The position numbers and the translations under genes are program-made. A DNA stretch of 62,283 nucleotides, the filler included, from Chiloscyllium plagiosum (lineage: Eukaryota): NCBI RefSeq assembly GCF_004010195.1. It is 4 parts of one record of this genome, joined end to end, with 100 filler letters (N's around TTAATTAATTAA, not from the genome) between each part and the next. Parts side by side here need not be neighbours in the genome. Positions count along the whole stretch, not along the records: positions 10,510 to 41,173 come from NC_057713.1; 3 more parts are not named here. One strand, 5' to 3'. The stretch's first letter is position 1. Each line of letters opens with the position of its first letter. Shown piece after piece: positions 11,185 to 22,640 of this stretch. Under the pieces are notes generated by a model, which did not search any database, was not told the DNA's origin, and worked only from the letters and a program-made list of their open reading frames with translations.

Positions 11185-14032
11185 TGAAATAACTCTATAG
11201 ATGCCAGTATCCCATTACCAGTCACCCTTTACTTATAGGAGACACTGATCTTGACACTACCTTGACACTGATCCAGCCCCCTCAAAGCCAGCTCTCAGAG
11301 TGAACAGTATGTCTGACACTCCTGTTTATATCTGTCAGCCAGGACTCCCTGATTGGACCAGATTACAGCCCTAATCAGGGAACTCAGATTCCATGAGGTC
11401 CAACTGGCCGACCTCATTACGATCACTGCAGCCCTCCCCCTCCGAGTCCTACTCTTTTCTTTTTGTAGTTCCTCCTGGGGCGGTTTAGCACCAGGTCAGG
11501 TACCTCCAAATCTCTCTCTGGTACTGGTGGTGTGTAATGCACAGTAACTTGCCTCTTACACCGGAGTATCTCAGAAGAAATTCAGATGTCACACAACATC
11601 AGGTTATAGTCCAACGGGTTTACTTGAAATCACAGCTTTCAGAGCGCTGCTTATTTGTCAGGTGAAGTGGAGGGAAGAACACAGGCACAGAATTTATAGG
11701 CAGAGATATAATTGCAAAAACTTCATTCCCTTCTTCAGGTGGCAAAGGCATTGAGGCAATGATACCTGCCATATCCATCTCAGATTCTGAAATATTTTAA
11801 ATGCTTGACAGAGAGTGAGAACCCACGGGTTTCTGAATAGTCTGAAAGGCAGTCAAGGAGCCGGACACATTTTCCTCTCACAATGTTTGTGAGTTTGCAG
11901 TTTTCATATAGTCCATATGTTGTCTCTCCCGCTTAGCATAGTCTTGGGTCTGACTTTTGCATTCCCGATGCCATTTTACCCTCACCCCCAAGACCAGGAA
12001 GATTAGATTTAACCTGGTGCAGAGTCTTCTTCTCATTAGCAACTCTGCTGGAGCTATGCCTATAGTTGCATATGGGGTAGTCCTATAATCAAACAGGAAC
12101 CAGGACAGTTTGGTATCTAGTAAAACTTTAGGCTGTTTTTCAAGCCTGCTAAAGTTCAGATTCCTTTTCCTGCCAGACCATTGGATGATGGATGGTATGG
12201 AACTGTCCCTATATGCCGAATAACATTCGGCTTTAGGAAATACTACTCAAATTACCTGTTGGTAAACGAAGTCCTATTGTCTGTGACCAACACTTCCAAG
12301 ATTCCGTGAATTGCAAAAATTGCGCGCAGTTTTTTATTGTCATCCCTATGTTTGACAAATGAGCTGTATGAAGGACCAGTCCCTTTGAGTGGGTATCCAC
12401 AGTGACTAAGAACATGTAGCCTAAAAGATTCTGCATAGTCAATGTGTCACCAAGTTCAGGGTTTATCTGGCTGTTCCCACAAAAGTGACAGAGTGCTGGC
12501 AATTTTTGTCCTTGTTGGCACTCTGGGCACTGCCCCACAAACACAGCTATGTCTGCATCCAATCCTGACCACCAGACATAATGTCTCGCCAACATCTTCA
12601 CTTTGGAAACCCCTGGATGACCCTGGTGGAGTTTAACCAGTATCTGGCGATGACCTTTGACCGGGATAATCACTCTTGCTCCCCATAATATGTCATCCTC
12701 TCCTGTGATCGGGTCTGTCTGGGTCCAAAGAAGTTTCAGTTCTGGTTGTTACGGCCCTTTGATTTCCTGCATCACCAGCAGCTGTTTCAGTTATGCCAGG
12801 ACTGGAATTTTCTGTGTCCAAATCCTGATATTGGCAGCTGTGACTGGAAATGTGCCCAGAAAATTTAAAACCATTCCAGACCCTTCCAGTTGTTGTATCA
12901 GGAGGTGGCTCAATGCAATTGCATTTGCTACTGGTGTTCCAACTTGCAACTCTACACCAATTAGAATTGGGGCTCAGCACTGAATTCGGCTGAAACTATG
13001 GGCAGCACTGCCTTTCCTCTTTAAGTAGACCAGCAGGGGCTTGTCATCTGTTATTAATACAAATGTATGTCCTTAAAGGTATCCCTGACTCCAAATTTGA
13101 CCATTGAATCTTCCTTCTCTATCTGGACTATTTATGCTCTGCATTAGCCAAAGTCCTGAATGCATTCACAATTGGGTGTTCCTCTCCCTCGGGCCACCTC
13201 GGAGCTAATGCCACCCCAATGCTGTACAGGGAGGCATTACATGTCAATAAAAGATCTCACTTGGGGTCATAATGTGCCAACACCTTACTGGATGATAGCT
13301 GTTTCTTCACTTCCCTGAAAGCTATAGCTTGGCTATGTGACCATTTCCAAGGCTGACCCTTCTTTAAGAGTTGGTGCAACAATATCAGGATGAAGGCCAG
13401 GTTATGTAGGAACTTTTCATAATAATTTTCATTAGCCCAAGGAAAGACCTAAGTTCCATAAGACCATAAGAGTGGAAGTAAGGCCATTCGGCCCATTGAG
13501 TCCACTCCACCATTCAATCATGGCTGATGAGCATTTCAACTCCACTTACCTGCACTCTCCCCATAGTCATTAATTCCTTGCAAGATTCAGAATTTATCAA
13601 TCTCTGTCTTGAGACATTTAACATCCCGGCCTCTACTGTGGTCCATGGTCCGTGGCGATGAATTCCACAGGCCCACCACTCTCTGGCTGAAGAAATGTCT
13701 CCTCATTTCCATTCTAAATTGACCCCCTCTAATTCTAAGGCTGTGCTCACGGGTCCTTGTCTCCTCGCCTAACAAACAACTTCCCAGCATCCACCCTTTC
13801 TAAGCCATGCATTGTCTTGTAAGTTTCTATTAGATCTCCCCTCAACCTTCTAAATTCTAATGAATACAATCCCAGGATCCTCAGCCGTTCATCATATGTT
13901 AGGCCTACCATTCCAGGGATCACCAGGGATCCAGTATAGACGTGGGAGCCAGGACATCTTTGATTGCCCTCACTTGATCTTCCAATGGGCGTAACTCAGT
14001 CTTGTCGACTCTGCAGCCAAATGGGTCATTTA
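11185..14032 (-). mobile_element. Decayed Gypsy element: RT C-term, RNase H, integrase, PPT and 3' LTR (11185-11430)
   Basis: Integrase zinc finger LHQGHPGVSKVKMLARHYVWWSGLDADI...CPECQ; LRPLEDQVRAIK RT motif at about 13960-14010; PPT GGAGGGGGAGGG at 11432-11443; LTR with TG...CA ends. Interrupted by a Penelope tail and a CR1 insertion. Confidence 0.9.
13457..13930 (-). mobile_element. CR1 3' fragment inserted in Gypsy pol
   Basis: TRTREHSLRIRGGQFRMEMRRHFFSQRVVGLWNS plus a (CTTATGGT)n-type tail. Confidence 0.85.
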
Positions 14033-14042
14033 ATGTGGTGAG

Positions 14043-15360
14043 CTCTTCCTGGAAAAAAGGCCTGAACCGTCCCCATCCACCAGCACCCTCCTCCACCTGG
14101 CTGAGCTCATCCTACTCTAAATAACTTCTATTTTAACTCCTCTAATTTTCTTCAGGTCAGAAGGGTACCTGCATGGGAGAAAGAGAGGACTGCAGATGCT
14201 GGAGATCAGAGCTGAAAATGTGTTGCTGGAAAAGCGCAGCAGGTCAGACAGCATCCAAGGAGCAGGAGAATCGACGTTTCGGGCACGAGCCTTTCTTCAG
14301 AAATTCTTCAGGGCCCCAGTTATGCCTGTCTCTTTGTGCGGTACATGGAACATTTCCTGTTCCATCCTATTTTGGCTGCCACCCACAACCCACTTTCTCC
14401 AGGATATCAATGATATCATCCATGCTGCTCCCTCTCTCACCTGACATTGTAAATGTTTATCAATTTTACTTTCTGTTTCCACCTCACTCTCGGTCCAAAT
14501 CTGACTCCTCCCTTCCCTTCCTCAACATCTGTGTTCCCCTTTCTGGGGATAGGCTGGCTAGCAATGTCCACTACAAGCCAATCAACTCCCATAGCTACCT
14601 GGAGGACACATCCTCACACCCTGCTCCCTGTAAACACTCTATTTAATTCTCCCAGTTTCTCTGTCTCTGTCATGGCTGTTCTGATGATGCCAACTTTGAC
14701 AAGGGGCTTCCAAAATTTCCATCTTGTTCCTAAATTGAGGATTCCTCAGCATGGTACTTGGCAGCACCCTCAACTGGGTCTGATCCATCTTCTGCACTTT
14801 ACCCTCACCCCCTCTCTTTCCTTCCACAACAGCGATAGAGTCCCCCTTGTCCTCACCAGCATCCACATCCACATCCAGAGGATCATTGGTCGCCATTTCC
14901 ATCACCTCCAGGGGGTGCCACCTCCCCTCCCCTGTCAGCCTTCTGTAAGACCGTTTCCTCCGGGACACCTGGTCCAATCCACCTTCAATCCCAACATCAC
15001 TCCCACAGCATCTTTCCTGGCAACCGTAGAAGGGGTAACACATGCCTATTTACTTTGTCTCTCCTCAGTATCCAACAGTCCAAACACATCTTCCAGGTGA
15101 AGCAGTGCTTTACCTGCACTTCTCTTAATCTAGTCTACTGCATTTGCTACTTATAATTTGGTCTCCCCTACGCTGGGGAAACAAAGCGTAGACTGCGTGA
15201 CCACTTCACAGAACACCTACGTTCTGTCTGTAAAAAAGACCCTGAGCTTCCAGCCTGCCACTTTAACAAACCATCATGTTCCCAGGTCAACATCCCTGTC
15301 TTAGGCTTACTGCAGTGAGCAGAAGCTGGAAGAACAGTACCTCATTTTCCATTTGGGAAT
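14043..15360 (+). mobile_element. Penelope-like element (RT plus GIY-YIG remnant)
   Basis: PSYACLF, SLPFLNICV, VHYKPINSHSYL and NLVYCICY...YAGETKRRLRDHFTEHLRSV motifs. An inverted terminal repeat is inserted at about 14178-14305. Confidence 0.85.
14269..14304 (-). ncRNA. Minimal hammerhead ribozyme motif
   Basis: Reverse complement reads ATTT-CTGAAGA-A-AGGC TCGT GCCC-GAAACGTC-GATT. Confidence 0.55.
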
Positions 15361-18120
15361 TGTAGTGATTGGAATCAGGCGGACCTTGTTGACTATGATT
15401 GGGGTTGTAACCTAGGCCACTCAGGAAGTCCTGCAGAAACTTATTCGTCCTGTTTCTCGAGATGGATCTGAAGCCTCAAGAAATAAGGTCACCATTGTAG
15501 GTGTGGGCCAGATTGGGATGGCGTGTGCTGTTAGCATTCTTTTAAGGGAACTAACCAATAAGGTGGCCTTTGTTGATGTTCTGGAAGACAAACTGATGGG
15601 AGAAATGATGGATCTTCTTCATGGCAGCCTGTTTCTCAAAACTCCAAAGATTATGGCTGATAAAGATTATATGTTAACTGCTAATTCTTGAGTTGTGGTC
15701 GTTACTGGAACTTGTCAACAAGAGGGTGAGAGCCGACTGAATCTGGTCCAGAGAAATGTCAACATCTTTAAATTCATCATACCCAGATTGTAAAGTACAA
15801 CCTCAACTGCACACTCATTGTAGTATCCAATCCAGTTGATATTCTGGCGTACATACGGTGGAAGATGAGCAGGTTTCCAAAGAACCGTGTGACTGGTAGC
15901 ATTTGGATTCTACTCGATTCCATTACCTGGTGGCTGAGAAACATGGGCTCCATCCATCCAGTTGCCATGGTTGTGTGCTCGGTGAACACCGAGATTCTAC
16001 TGTTTCCGTTTGGAGTGTTGTCAATGTAGTGGGAGTTGGACTGCAGCAGCTGAGCCCTGATATTGGAACTGCTCAGGATAAGGAGAACTGGAAAGACATC
16101 CACAAAATGGTGGCAGATAGTGCTTATGAAGTGATTAACCTGAAAGGATATAGTAACTGGGCCATTGGCCTCAGTGTTGCTGAACTGACTGAATCCATTG
16201 GGAAGAATCTGAAACAGATTTGCCCAGTATCCAGCATGGTAAAGGGTATGTATGGCATAGAGGATGAAGTCTTCCTCAGCCTGTCGTATGTACTCAGTGC
16301 AGACGATCTAACTGATGTCATCAATCAAACTCTGAAAGATGATGAGGTCGCCCAGCTGAGAGAGAGTGCTGAGACATTGTGGAAAGTTCAGAGGGAACAG
16401 AAGGATCTGTAATTTTCAGGCTGACTGCAGTGCTCCTTTTGGGGTCAGTTTGGGGACTGACTCTGAGCTGGCTGGTCACAGCCCAGTGTACTGAGCACAA
16501 GTAACTAAAGGGTGACTTGGTGACAGGATACCGGCCTCTATGCAGATATTTCAGTGGCGACAGGGGTAAACAGGATGTGCTTCAAGAACATTTGCTTGGA
16601 ACAGTCATGTGGAGTTGGGGTAAGCATTTCTGGCATTATGCCTTTATTTGGAAAGCTTGACACATAGAGTCATAGAGATGTACAACACGGAAACAGACCC
16701 TTCAGTCCAACTGGTTTGATCCTGTTGTCGAAGACTGGGCCCAGTATGTGGAAAGAATGCAATATCTTTTCCAGGCAGATGAAAAGCAATGAATAGTCCT
16801 TCTTACTGCTTGTGGACCCACAGCATTCTTTGGTTACAAGGGGCTTAACTTTCCCAGAGGCACCAGACACTAAAATCTTCCTGGAATAATATAACCCCAA
16901 ACCTCCTCTAATCAAAAGACACTATTGGTTTTATTTGGCTGTTGAGAACTAGGGGAATCCATATTGGGATTTTCAACGAGGTTAAGAAGACTGGCAAAGG
17001 CATGTGATTTTGGGTTAACTCTGAACAAGGTGGGGAGACACTGTTTGGTATGTGGGATTAATAATGTAACCATGCAGAGGTGCCTACTAGCTGAAGCTTA
17101 ACTGAACTTCAAGCAGGCACTGCAGCTGGCCTTGTCATAAGGAAATGTGACAAGTGGAGCATGGGAGCTGCAGGGCATCCCAATGGAAGTAGTCACCCTC
17201 ACCGGTCCAGCTGAGCTTGGGGAACACCACTTGAGTGAAGAGCTTCACGCAGGACATATCCTGAGCAGGGGGACCCTAGGCCAACCCACAGCAGACCCCC
17301 CACAACAAAGCCAGGCTCAGCCAAGTGGTTAAAAGGTTCTTCAGGATCTGGGCTGGCAAACCATTGTAGTTGCTGCCAATATGTAGACTCAAGACAGCAA
17401 AGGAGTCTTACACAGTCTGTCTTGAGTAAGACAACTCACAGGCCGGTACCCAGGAGAGTGCACACCTTGGAAAATTCCTCTATATGTGGGTTGGAACAAT
17501 TAAATGGCTTAGCAACATCCAAATTGGAACCACTTAAAATTAATGTTTGGTTAAATGGTCACTCAGTTCCCATGGAGGTTGATACTGATCCAGCTTTATG
17601 TGGTTGCAGAATCTGTCTTTAACAAGATTCATTTGGGACTCCAACCCTTCAGTTTGCACAAAACCTCAGCCAGACTGAGCACATACACGGGGGAACCATT
17701 GCAAATAAAGGCTATGACTTTGGTTCCGGTCTCCTATGAGAAGCAGTTGGTACAGTTACCACTGATGGTAGTAAAAGGCTCAAGCCCAAGCCTACTAGAA
17801 CAATTGGTCGAGAAGGATTCACCCTGATTGGTTCAACATTTTTTGAATACAAAATGGCTGCCTCAGTGAAGTCCTAGTGAAATACCCAGGAGCTTTTCAG
17901 GAAGGGCTTGGAACTATCAAAGGGGCCAAAGCCATTTTACATGTTGACTAAGAAGCAATTCTACAGTTTTGCAAGGCCTGCCTGGTACCATTAGCCTTAC
18001 GGGTAAAAGTAGAGGTGGAACACAGGAGGCTGGAGAGCGAAGAAATCATCAAACCAGTGCAGATTGCAGAATGGGCAGCACCGGTTGTACCGATTGTGAA
18101 GCCTGACAGCTCAGTTAGTC
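15361..18120 (+). mobile_element. Gypsy element: split 5' LTR (15361-~15433 and ~16420-16553), PBS (16555), gag (ATG 16638), protease, RT N-terminus
   Basis: TGTAGTGATTGG start and ...GATACCGGCCTCTATGCAGATATTTCA end match the other LTRs. PBS TGGCGAC. Gag MPLFGKLD-FDPVVEDWAQYVERM; protease INVWLNGHSVPMEVDT; RT IIKPVQIAEWAAPVVPIVKPD. Truncated by a CR1 at 18121. Confidence 0.9.
15428..16412 (+). pseudogene. LDHB: Processed (intronless) L-lactate dehydrogenase B pseudogene
   Basis: [43 protein letters not shown]...[18 protein letters not shown]...[22 protein letters not shown]...VVSNPVDIL...GEHRDS...[18 protein letters not shown]...[26 protein letters not shown]. No introns and no ATG. Lesions: premature TGA at 15689-15691, a codon deletion near 15707, frameshifts near 15783 and 15900. 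Confidence 0.95.
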
Positions 18121-19545
18121 TTAGAGTCATAGAGAAGTACAGCACGGAAACAGACCCTTCAGCCCAACCTGTCCATGCCGACCAGATATCCCAACCCAAT
18201 CTAGTCCCACCTGCCTGCACCCGGCCCATATTCCTCCAAACCCTTCCTATTCATATACCCATCCAGATGCCTTTTAAATGTTGCAATTGTACCAGCCTCC
18301 ACCACATCCTCTGGCAGCTCATTCCATACACGTACCATCCTCTGCGTGAAAATATTGCCCCTTAGGTCTCTTTTATATCTTTCCCCTCTCACCCGAAACC
18401 TATGCCCTCTAGTTCTGGACTCCCCCACCCCAGGGAAAAGAAACCCATAAATCCCCAGGAACTGATCAGGTGTACCCTAGAACTCGGTGGGAAGCTAGAG
18501 AAGTGATTGCTGGGCCTCTTGCTGAGATATTGGTTTCATCCATAGTCACAGGTGAGGTGCCGGAAGACAGGAGGTTGGCAAACGTGGTGCCACTGTTTAA
18601 GAAGGGTGGTAAGGACAAGCCAGGAAACTATAGACTAGATAGCCTGACCTCGGTGGTGGGCATGTTGTTGGAGGGAATCCTGAGGAACAGAATGTACATG
18701 TATTTGGAAAGGCAAGAACTGATTAAGGATAGTCAACATGGCTTTGTGCATGGGAAATCATGTCTCACAAACTTGATTGAGTTTTTAGAAGAAGTAACAA
18801 AGAGGATTGATGAGGGCAGAGCAGTAGATGTGATCTATATGGATTTCAGTAAGGCATTCGACAAGGTTCCCCATGGGAGACTGGTTCGCAATGTTAGGTC
18901 TCATAAAATACAGGGAGAACTAGCTATTTCAATACAAAACTGGTATGCCACAGGGATCCGTGCTGAGTCCACTACTTTTCAAAATTTACATAAATGATTT
19001 GGATATGAACATAGGAGGTATAGTTAGTACGTTTGCAAATGACGCCAAAATCGGAGGTGTAGTGGACATTGAAGAAGGTTACCTCAGATTACAACAGGAT
19101 CTTGATCAGATGGACCAATGGGCTGAGGAGTGGCAGCTGGAGTTTAATTTAGATAAATTAAACCCTTGTCCCTTGTTCAAGAAGGGGAGTAGAGACAACC
19201 CTGATAATTATAGACCAGTGAACCTTACTTTGGTTGTGGGTAAAGTCATAGAGTCATAGAGATGTACAGCATGGAAACAGGCCCTTCGGTCCAACCTGTC
19301 CATGCCGACCAGATAACCCAACCCAACCTAGTCCCACCTGCCAGCACCCGGCCCACATCCCTCCAAACCCAAAGTTATAAGATATAGGACTTATCATCTA
19401 GAGAGGAATATGTTGATTAGAGATTGTCAACACGGTTTTGTGAAGGGTAGGTCTGGCCTCACAAACCTTATTGAGTTCTTTGAGATGGTGACCAAATAGA
19501 TGGATGAGGGAAATTCAGTTGATGTAGTGTATATGAATTTCAGAA
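18121..19545. mobile_element. Cluster of CR1/HER1 fragments (3' ends on minus at 18121-18441 and 19246-19370; RT on plus at 18449-19245 and 19370-19545)
   Basis: ANVVPLFKKGGKDKPGNYR, SQHGFVHGKSCLTNLIEF, VDVIYMDFSKAFDKVPH, PQGSVLSPLLF; inverted CTCTATGACTCTA tails. Confidence 0.9.
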
Positions 19546-19689
19546 CTTGGCTATCAGTCTCTGCTTGGCCACTTGCATTGTTTAAAAATGTGTTGCTAGA
19601 AAAGCGCAGCAGGTCAGGCAGCATCCAAGGAGAAGGAGAATCAGAATCTCCTTAGCAGGCTAAGATAAAAGGTAGGGAGGAGGGACTTA

Positions 19690-20108
19690 CTCATCTTCCG
19701 CCTAGGAACCCTCCAGCCACAGGGGATGAATGCAGATTTCTCCAGCTTCCTCATTTCCCCTCCCCCCACCTTTTCTCAGTCCCAGCCCTCAGACTCAGCA
19801 CCGCCTTCTTGACCTGCAATCTTCTTCCTGACCTCTCCGCCCCCACCCCCTCTCCAGCCTATCACCCTCACCTTATCACCCTCACCTTAACCTCCTTCCA
19901 CCTATCACATTCCCAACGCCCCTCCCCCAAGTCCCTCTTCCCTACCTTTTATCTTAGCCTGCTTGGCACACCCTCCTCATTCCTGAAGAAGGGCTTATGC
20001 CCGAAACATCGATTCTCCTGCTCCTTGGATGCTGCCTGACCTGCCGCGCTTTTCCAGCAACACATTTTTAAGCTCTGATCCCCAGCATCTGCAGTCCTCA
20101 CTTTCTCC
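19690..20108 (+). mobile_element. Penelope-like 3' end and terminal repeat
   Basis: LIFRLGTLQPQGMNADFSSF followed by the pyrimidine-rich UTR and CTGAAGAAGGGCTTATGCCCGAAACATC, as in 30180-30440. Confidence 0.8.
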
Positions 20109-20109
20109 C

Positions 20110-21365
20110 ACTTGCATTGTTGCCTATCCCAAAGTCCACCTTAGAGGATAGCCACCCGAAAGTCCAAGGTTGAATGTCCCGGACCACTGAAGTGTTCTCC
20201 GACTGGGAGGGAACACTCCTGTCCATTGATTGTTGTGCGGTGCCCATTCATCCATTGCCGTAGCCTCTGCTTAGTCTACCAATGTACCATGCCTCAGGGC
20301 ATTCTTGGCAGAAGTGGGTTCTGCAGATGCTGGAGATTAGAGTCAAAATTAGAGGGGTGCTGGAAAAGCACAGCAGGTCAGGCAGCATCCAAGGAGCAGG
20401 AAAATCGACGTTTTGGGCAAAAACACTCTAATCTTGATTCAGGGCATCCTTGCTTGCAGCGTATGAGATAGACAACATTGGCTGAGTTGCATTAGTACCT
20501 GCCACGTATATGGTGGGAGGTGTCCCCATGCGTAATGGTGGTATCGACATTCTAACATGTCTTGCAGCATCTACCGTGACAAGGTACCATCTACCTCAGA
20601 CCTTCGGGTGACCGTCCTCCAAAGTGGACTTTGGGACAGGCAACAATGAGAAGTGGCCAAGCTGAGGCTGATAACCAAGTTTGGTACCCATGGGAATGAC
20701 CTCAACCGGGACCTTGGATTCACTATAGGTGACCCCATCACACTACACACACACCCTCTCTCATACGCTCACACATAAACTCCCACACACACCCTCTCAC
20801 AGACTTATACCCCTCTAATCACACACACACACACACTCTCTCTCTCTTACAGCCACTCATCACACACACACACACACACCCCACATGCACACATACCCAT
20901 ATAAGTTTGTGGGGTGAATTTTTACTTGCAGAATTACACTTTACTTTGCTCAAAAACTGCATGAATCCATGTCAGACTCTGTAAATCTGTATTTTAGAGG
21001 AGAATCAGTTTGAACATTGTGGCACAGACAGCCTCACACAGGGCAGCTCACACCTTCAGTGCATTATCTGGGCCAATGTGACACCAATTGTTAAAGTTCA
21101 CTTGAGAATGTAACTTTTTAAAAACTGTTTTGTGATATACATCTGAAAGAACTGAAACCAACATGGTCATTCTAACAGATGAGAGACTTAAACAATCCAG
21201 GTCTTTTTCAATATTTAACTTCAGTGATATCACACTGTAAACATTTGCTATGTATTCTGTGTCTTACAATCTCATTCTCCATAACCACCTGATGAAGGAG
21301 CAGAACTCCGAAAGCTAGTGCTTCCAAATAAACCTGTTGGACTATAACCTGGTGTTGTGTGATTT
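20110..21365. mobile_element. Second Penelope-like family fragments (minus ~20110-20580; plus ~20590-21365 with (CA)n-rich UTR)
   Basis: GIY-YIG C-terminal motif LRVTVLQSGLWDRQQ...LITKFGTHGNDLNRDLGF. Same family as 23305-23824 and 39170-39925. Confidence 0.7.
21286..21320 (+). ncRNA. Minimal hammerhead ribozyme motif (second family)
   Basis: CAC-CTGATGA-A-GGAG CAGAA CTCC-GAAAGCTA-GTG: stem I CAC/GTG, stem II GGAG/CTCC, palindromic AGCT in place of helix III, CUA cleavage triplet. Confidence 0.7.
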
Positions 21366-21684
21366 ATAAATAGACAAGGTCTTTTCTCTGGGATGGGGAG
21401 TCCAGAACCAGAGGGCATAGGTTTTAGGGTGAGAGGGGAAAGATATAAAAGGGACCTAAGGGGTAACTTTTTCACTCAGAGGGTGGGGAGTGTATGAAAT
21501 GAGCTGCCAGAGAAAGTGGTGGAGGCTGGTACAATTGCAACATTTAAAAGGCATTTGGATGGGTATATGAATAGGAAGGGTATAGAGGGATATGGGCCAG
21601 GTGCTGGCAAATAGGACTACATTAGGTAGGGATATCTGGTTGGCATGGACAAGTTGGACTGAAGGGTCTGTTTCTGTGCTGTAC
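21365..21684 (+). mobile_element. CR1/HER1 3' end
   Basis: GHRFRVRGERYKRDLRGNFFTQR and the HER1-type tail. Confidence 0.85.
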
Positions 21685-21685
21685 A

Positions 21686-22099
21686 ATATAATTGCCTGAA
21701 AAAAATAATGCATCCTTTCTACATACTAGGCCCAATCTTTGACAGCAGAATCAAACAAGTCAAGCTTCACAAATAACAATATGATGCCAGAAATGCTTAT
21801 CCCAATCCAAAGATGACTGTTGCAAGCAAATTTCTTCAAGAGCGTACTTTTCTCTCATTCCCACTGAAATAAGTGCACAGTGGCTGGTATCCCATCACCA
21901 AGTCCCTTCTTATTTACAAGTGGAGAGTCCTTGAAACTGACCCAGCTCCCTCAAAGCCAGCTCGCAGAGCAAGTAGGATGTCTTACACTCTTGTTCTGAT
22001 TTGCAGCAGGCCTCCCTGATTGGACCAGGTTAACATTCCGGATCAGGGAGCTCATATTCTATGAGGTCCACCTGGCTGACCTCGTTATAATCAGTAACA
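21686..22099 (-). mobile_element. Gypsy 5' LTR (21866-22099), PBS and gag start
   Basis: Reverse complement matches the 910-1145 LTR, followed by a leader and gag start homologous to 16555-16780 (KLDLFDSAVKDWA*YV). Confidence 0.85.
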
Positions 22100-22640
22100 C
22101 TCATTAGTGCGAACTTCGGGAGAAATGCTGATTCAGTATATGTGAGCGCTGCCCACTGCGAACCAGACTGACCATTTAAACAACTGGTTGCCAATGTATT
22201 TCTTCACACGCTCAGGATTTCAGCACATGTTGACCAATTACAGAATCAAACCGAATGTTGGACATGATTATGATTTTTACAAGTACAGTCTGATTGCATA
22301 CAGTCAGTGCCTTGCTTACTGCAAACAGCAAAAAGAGTCTTGCTGTTTGATGGAATCTATCAGTCAGAGGTCTATAGCCTAAATATCTAGCATCGCACCG
22401 GAACTGAAATTCAAATACCACATTACTCATTTGTGTGATAGACAGGACGTCTCTTTGGCAGCATCCTGTTAGTGGTGAGCACCACAAGAACTGCTGCTGC
22501 AGAATAGCAGCATGAAACAGCTCACTTCAACTATTGCTGAAAGTTTTGAGATACATTCTCTTTCCAAGTGAACCAACAGGTGAAGCTAGCTGTTACTATG
22601 CAGTAGCAACAAGGGTTGTTCATTTCTCAGATCAATGCCC
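22100..22640 (-). mobile_element. Penelope-like GIY-YIG endonuclease remnant (third family)
   Basis: RDVLSITQMSNVVFEFQFRCDARYLG...SNIRFDSVIGQHVL resembles the NVVYEFxCxCxARYVG...SAIGQHL motif. Confidence 0.7.

Noticed and set aside
15503..16412. Functional LDH gene
   Set aside because: No start ATG, an in-frame TGA, two frameshifts, and the active-site loop AGARQQ altered to GTCQQ.
11185..22099. Single intact provirus bounded by the two minus-strand LTRs
   Set aside because: Flanks (CACCC versus CTCAT) give no target-site duplication and the LTRs are clearly diverged, so it cannot be supported as one element.
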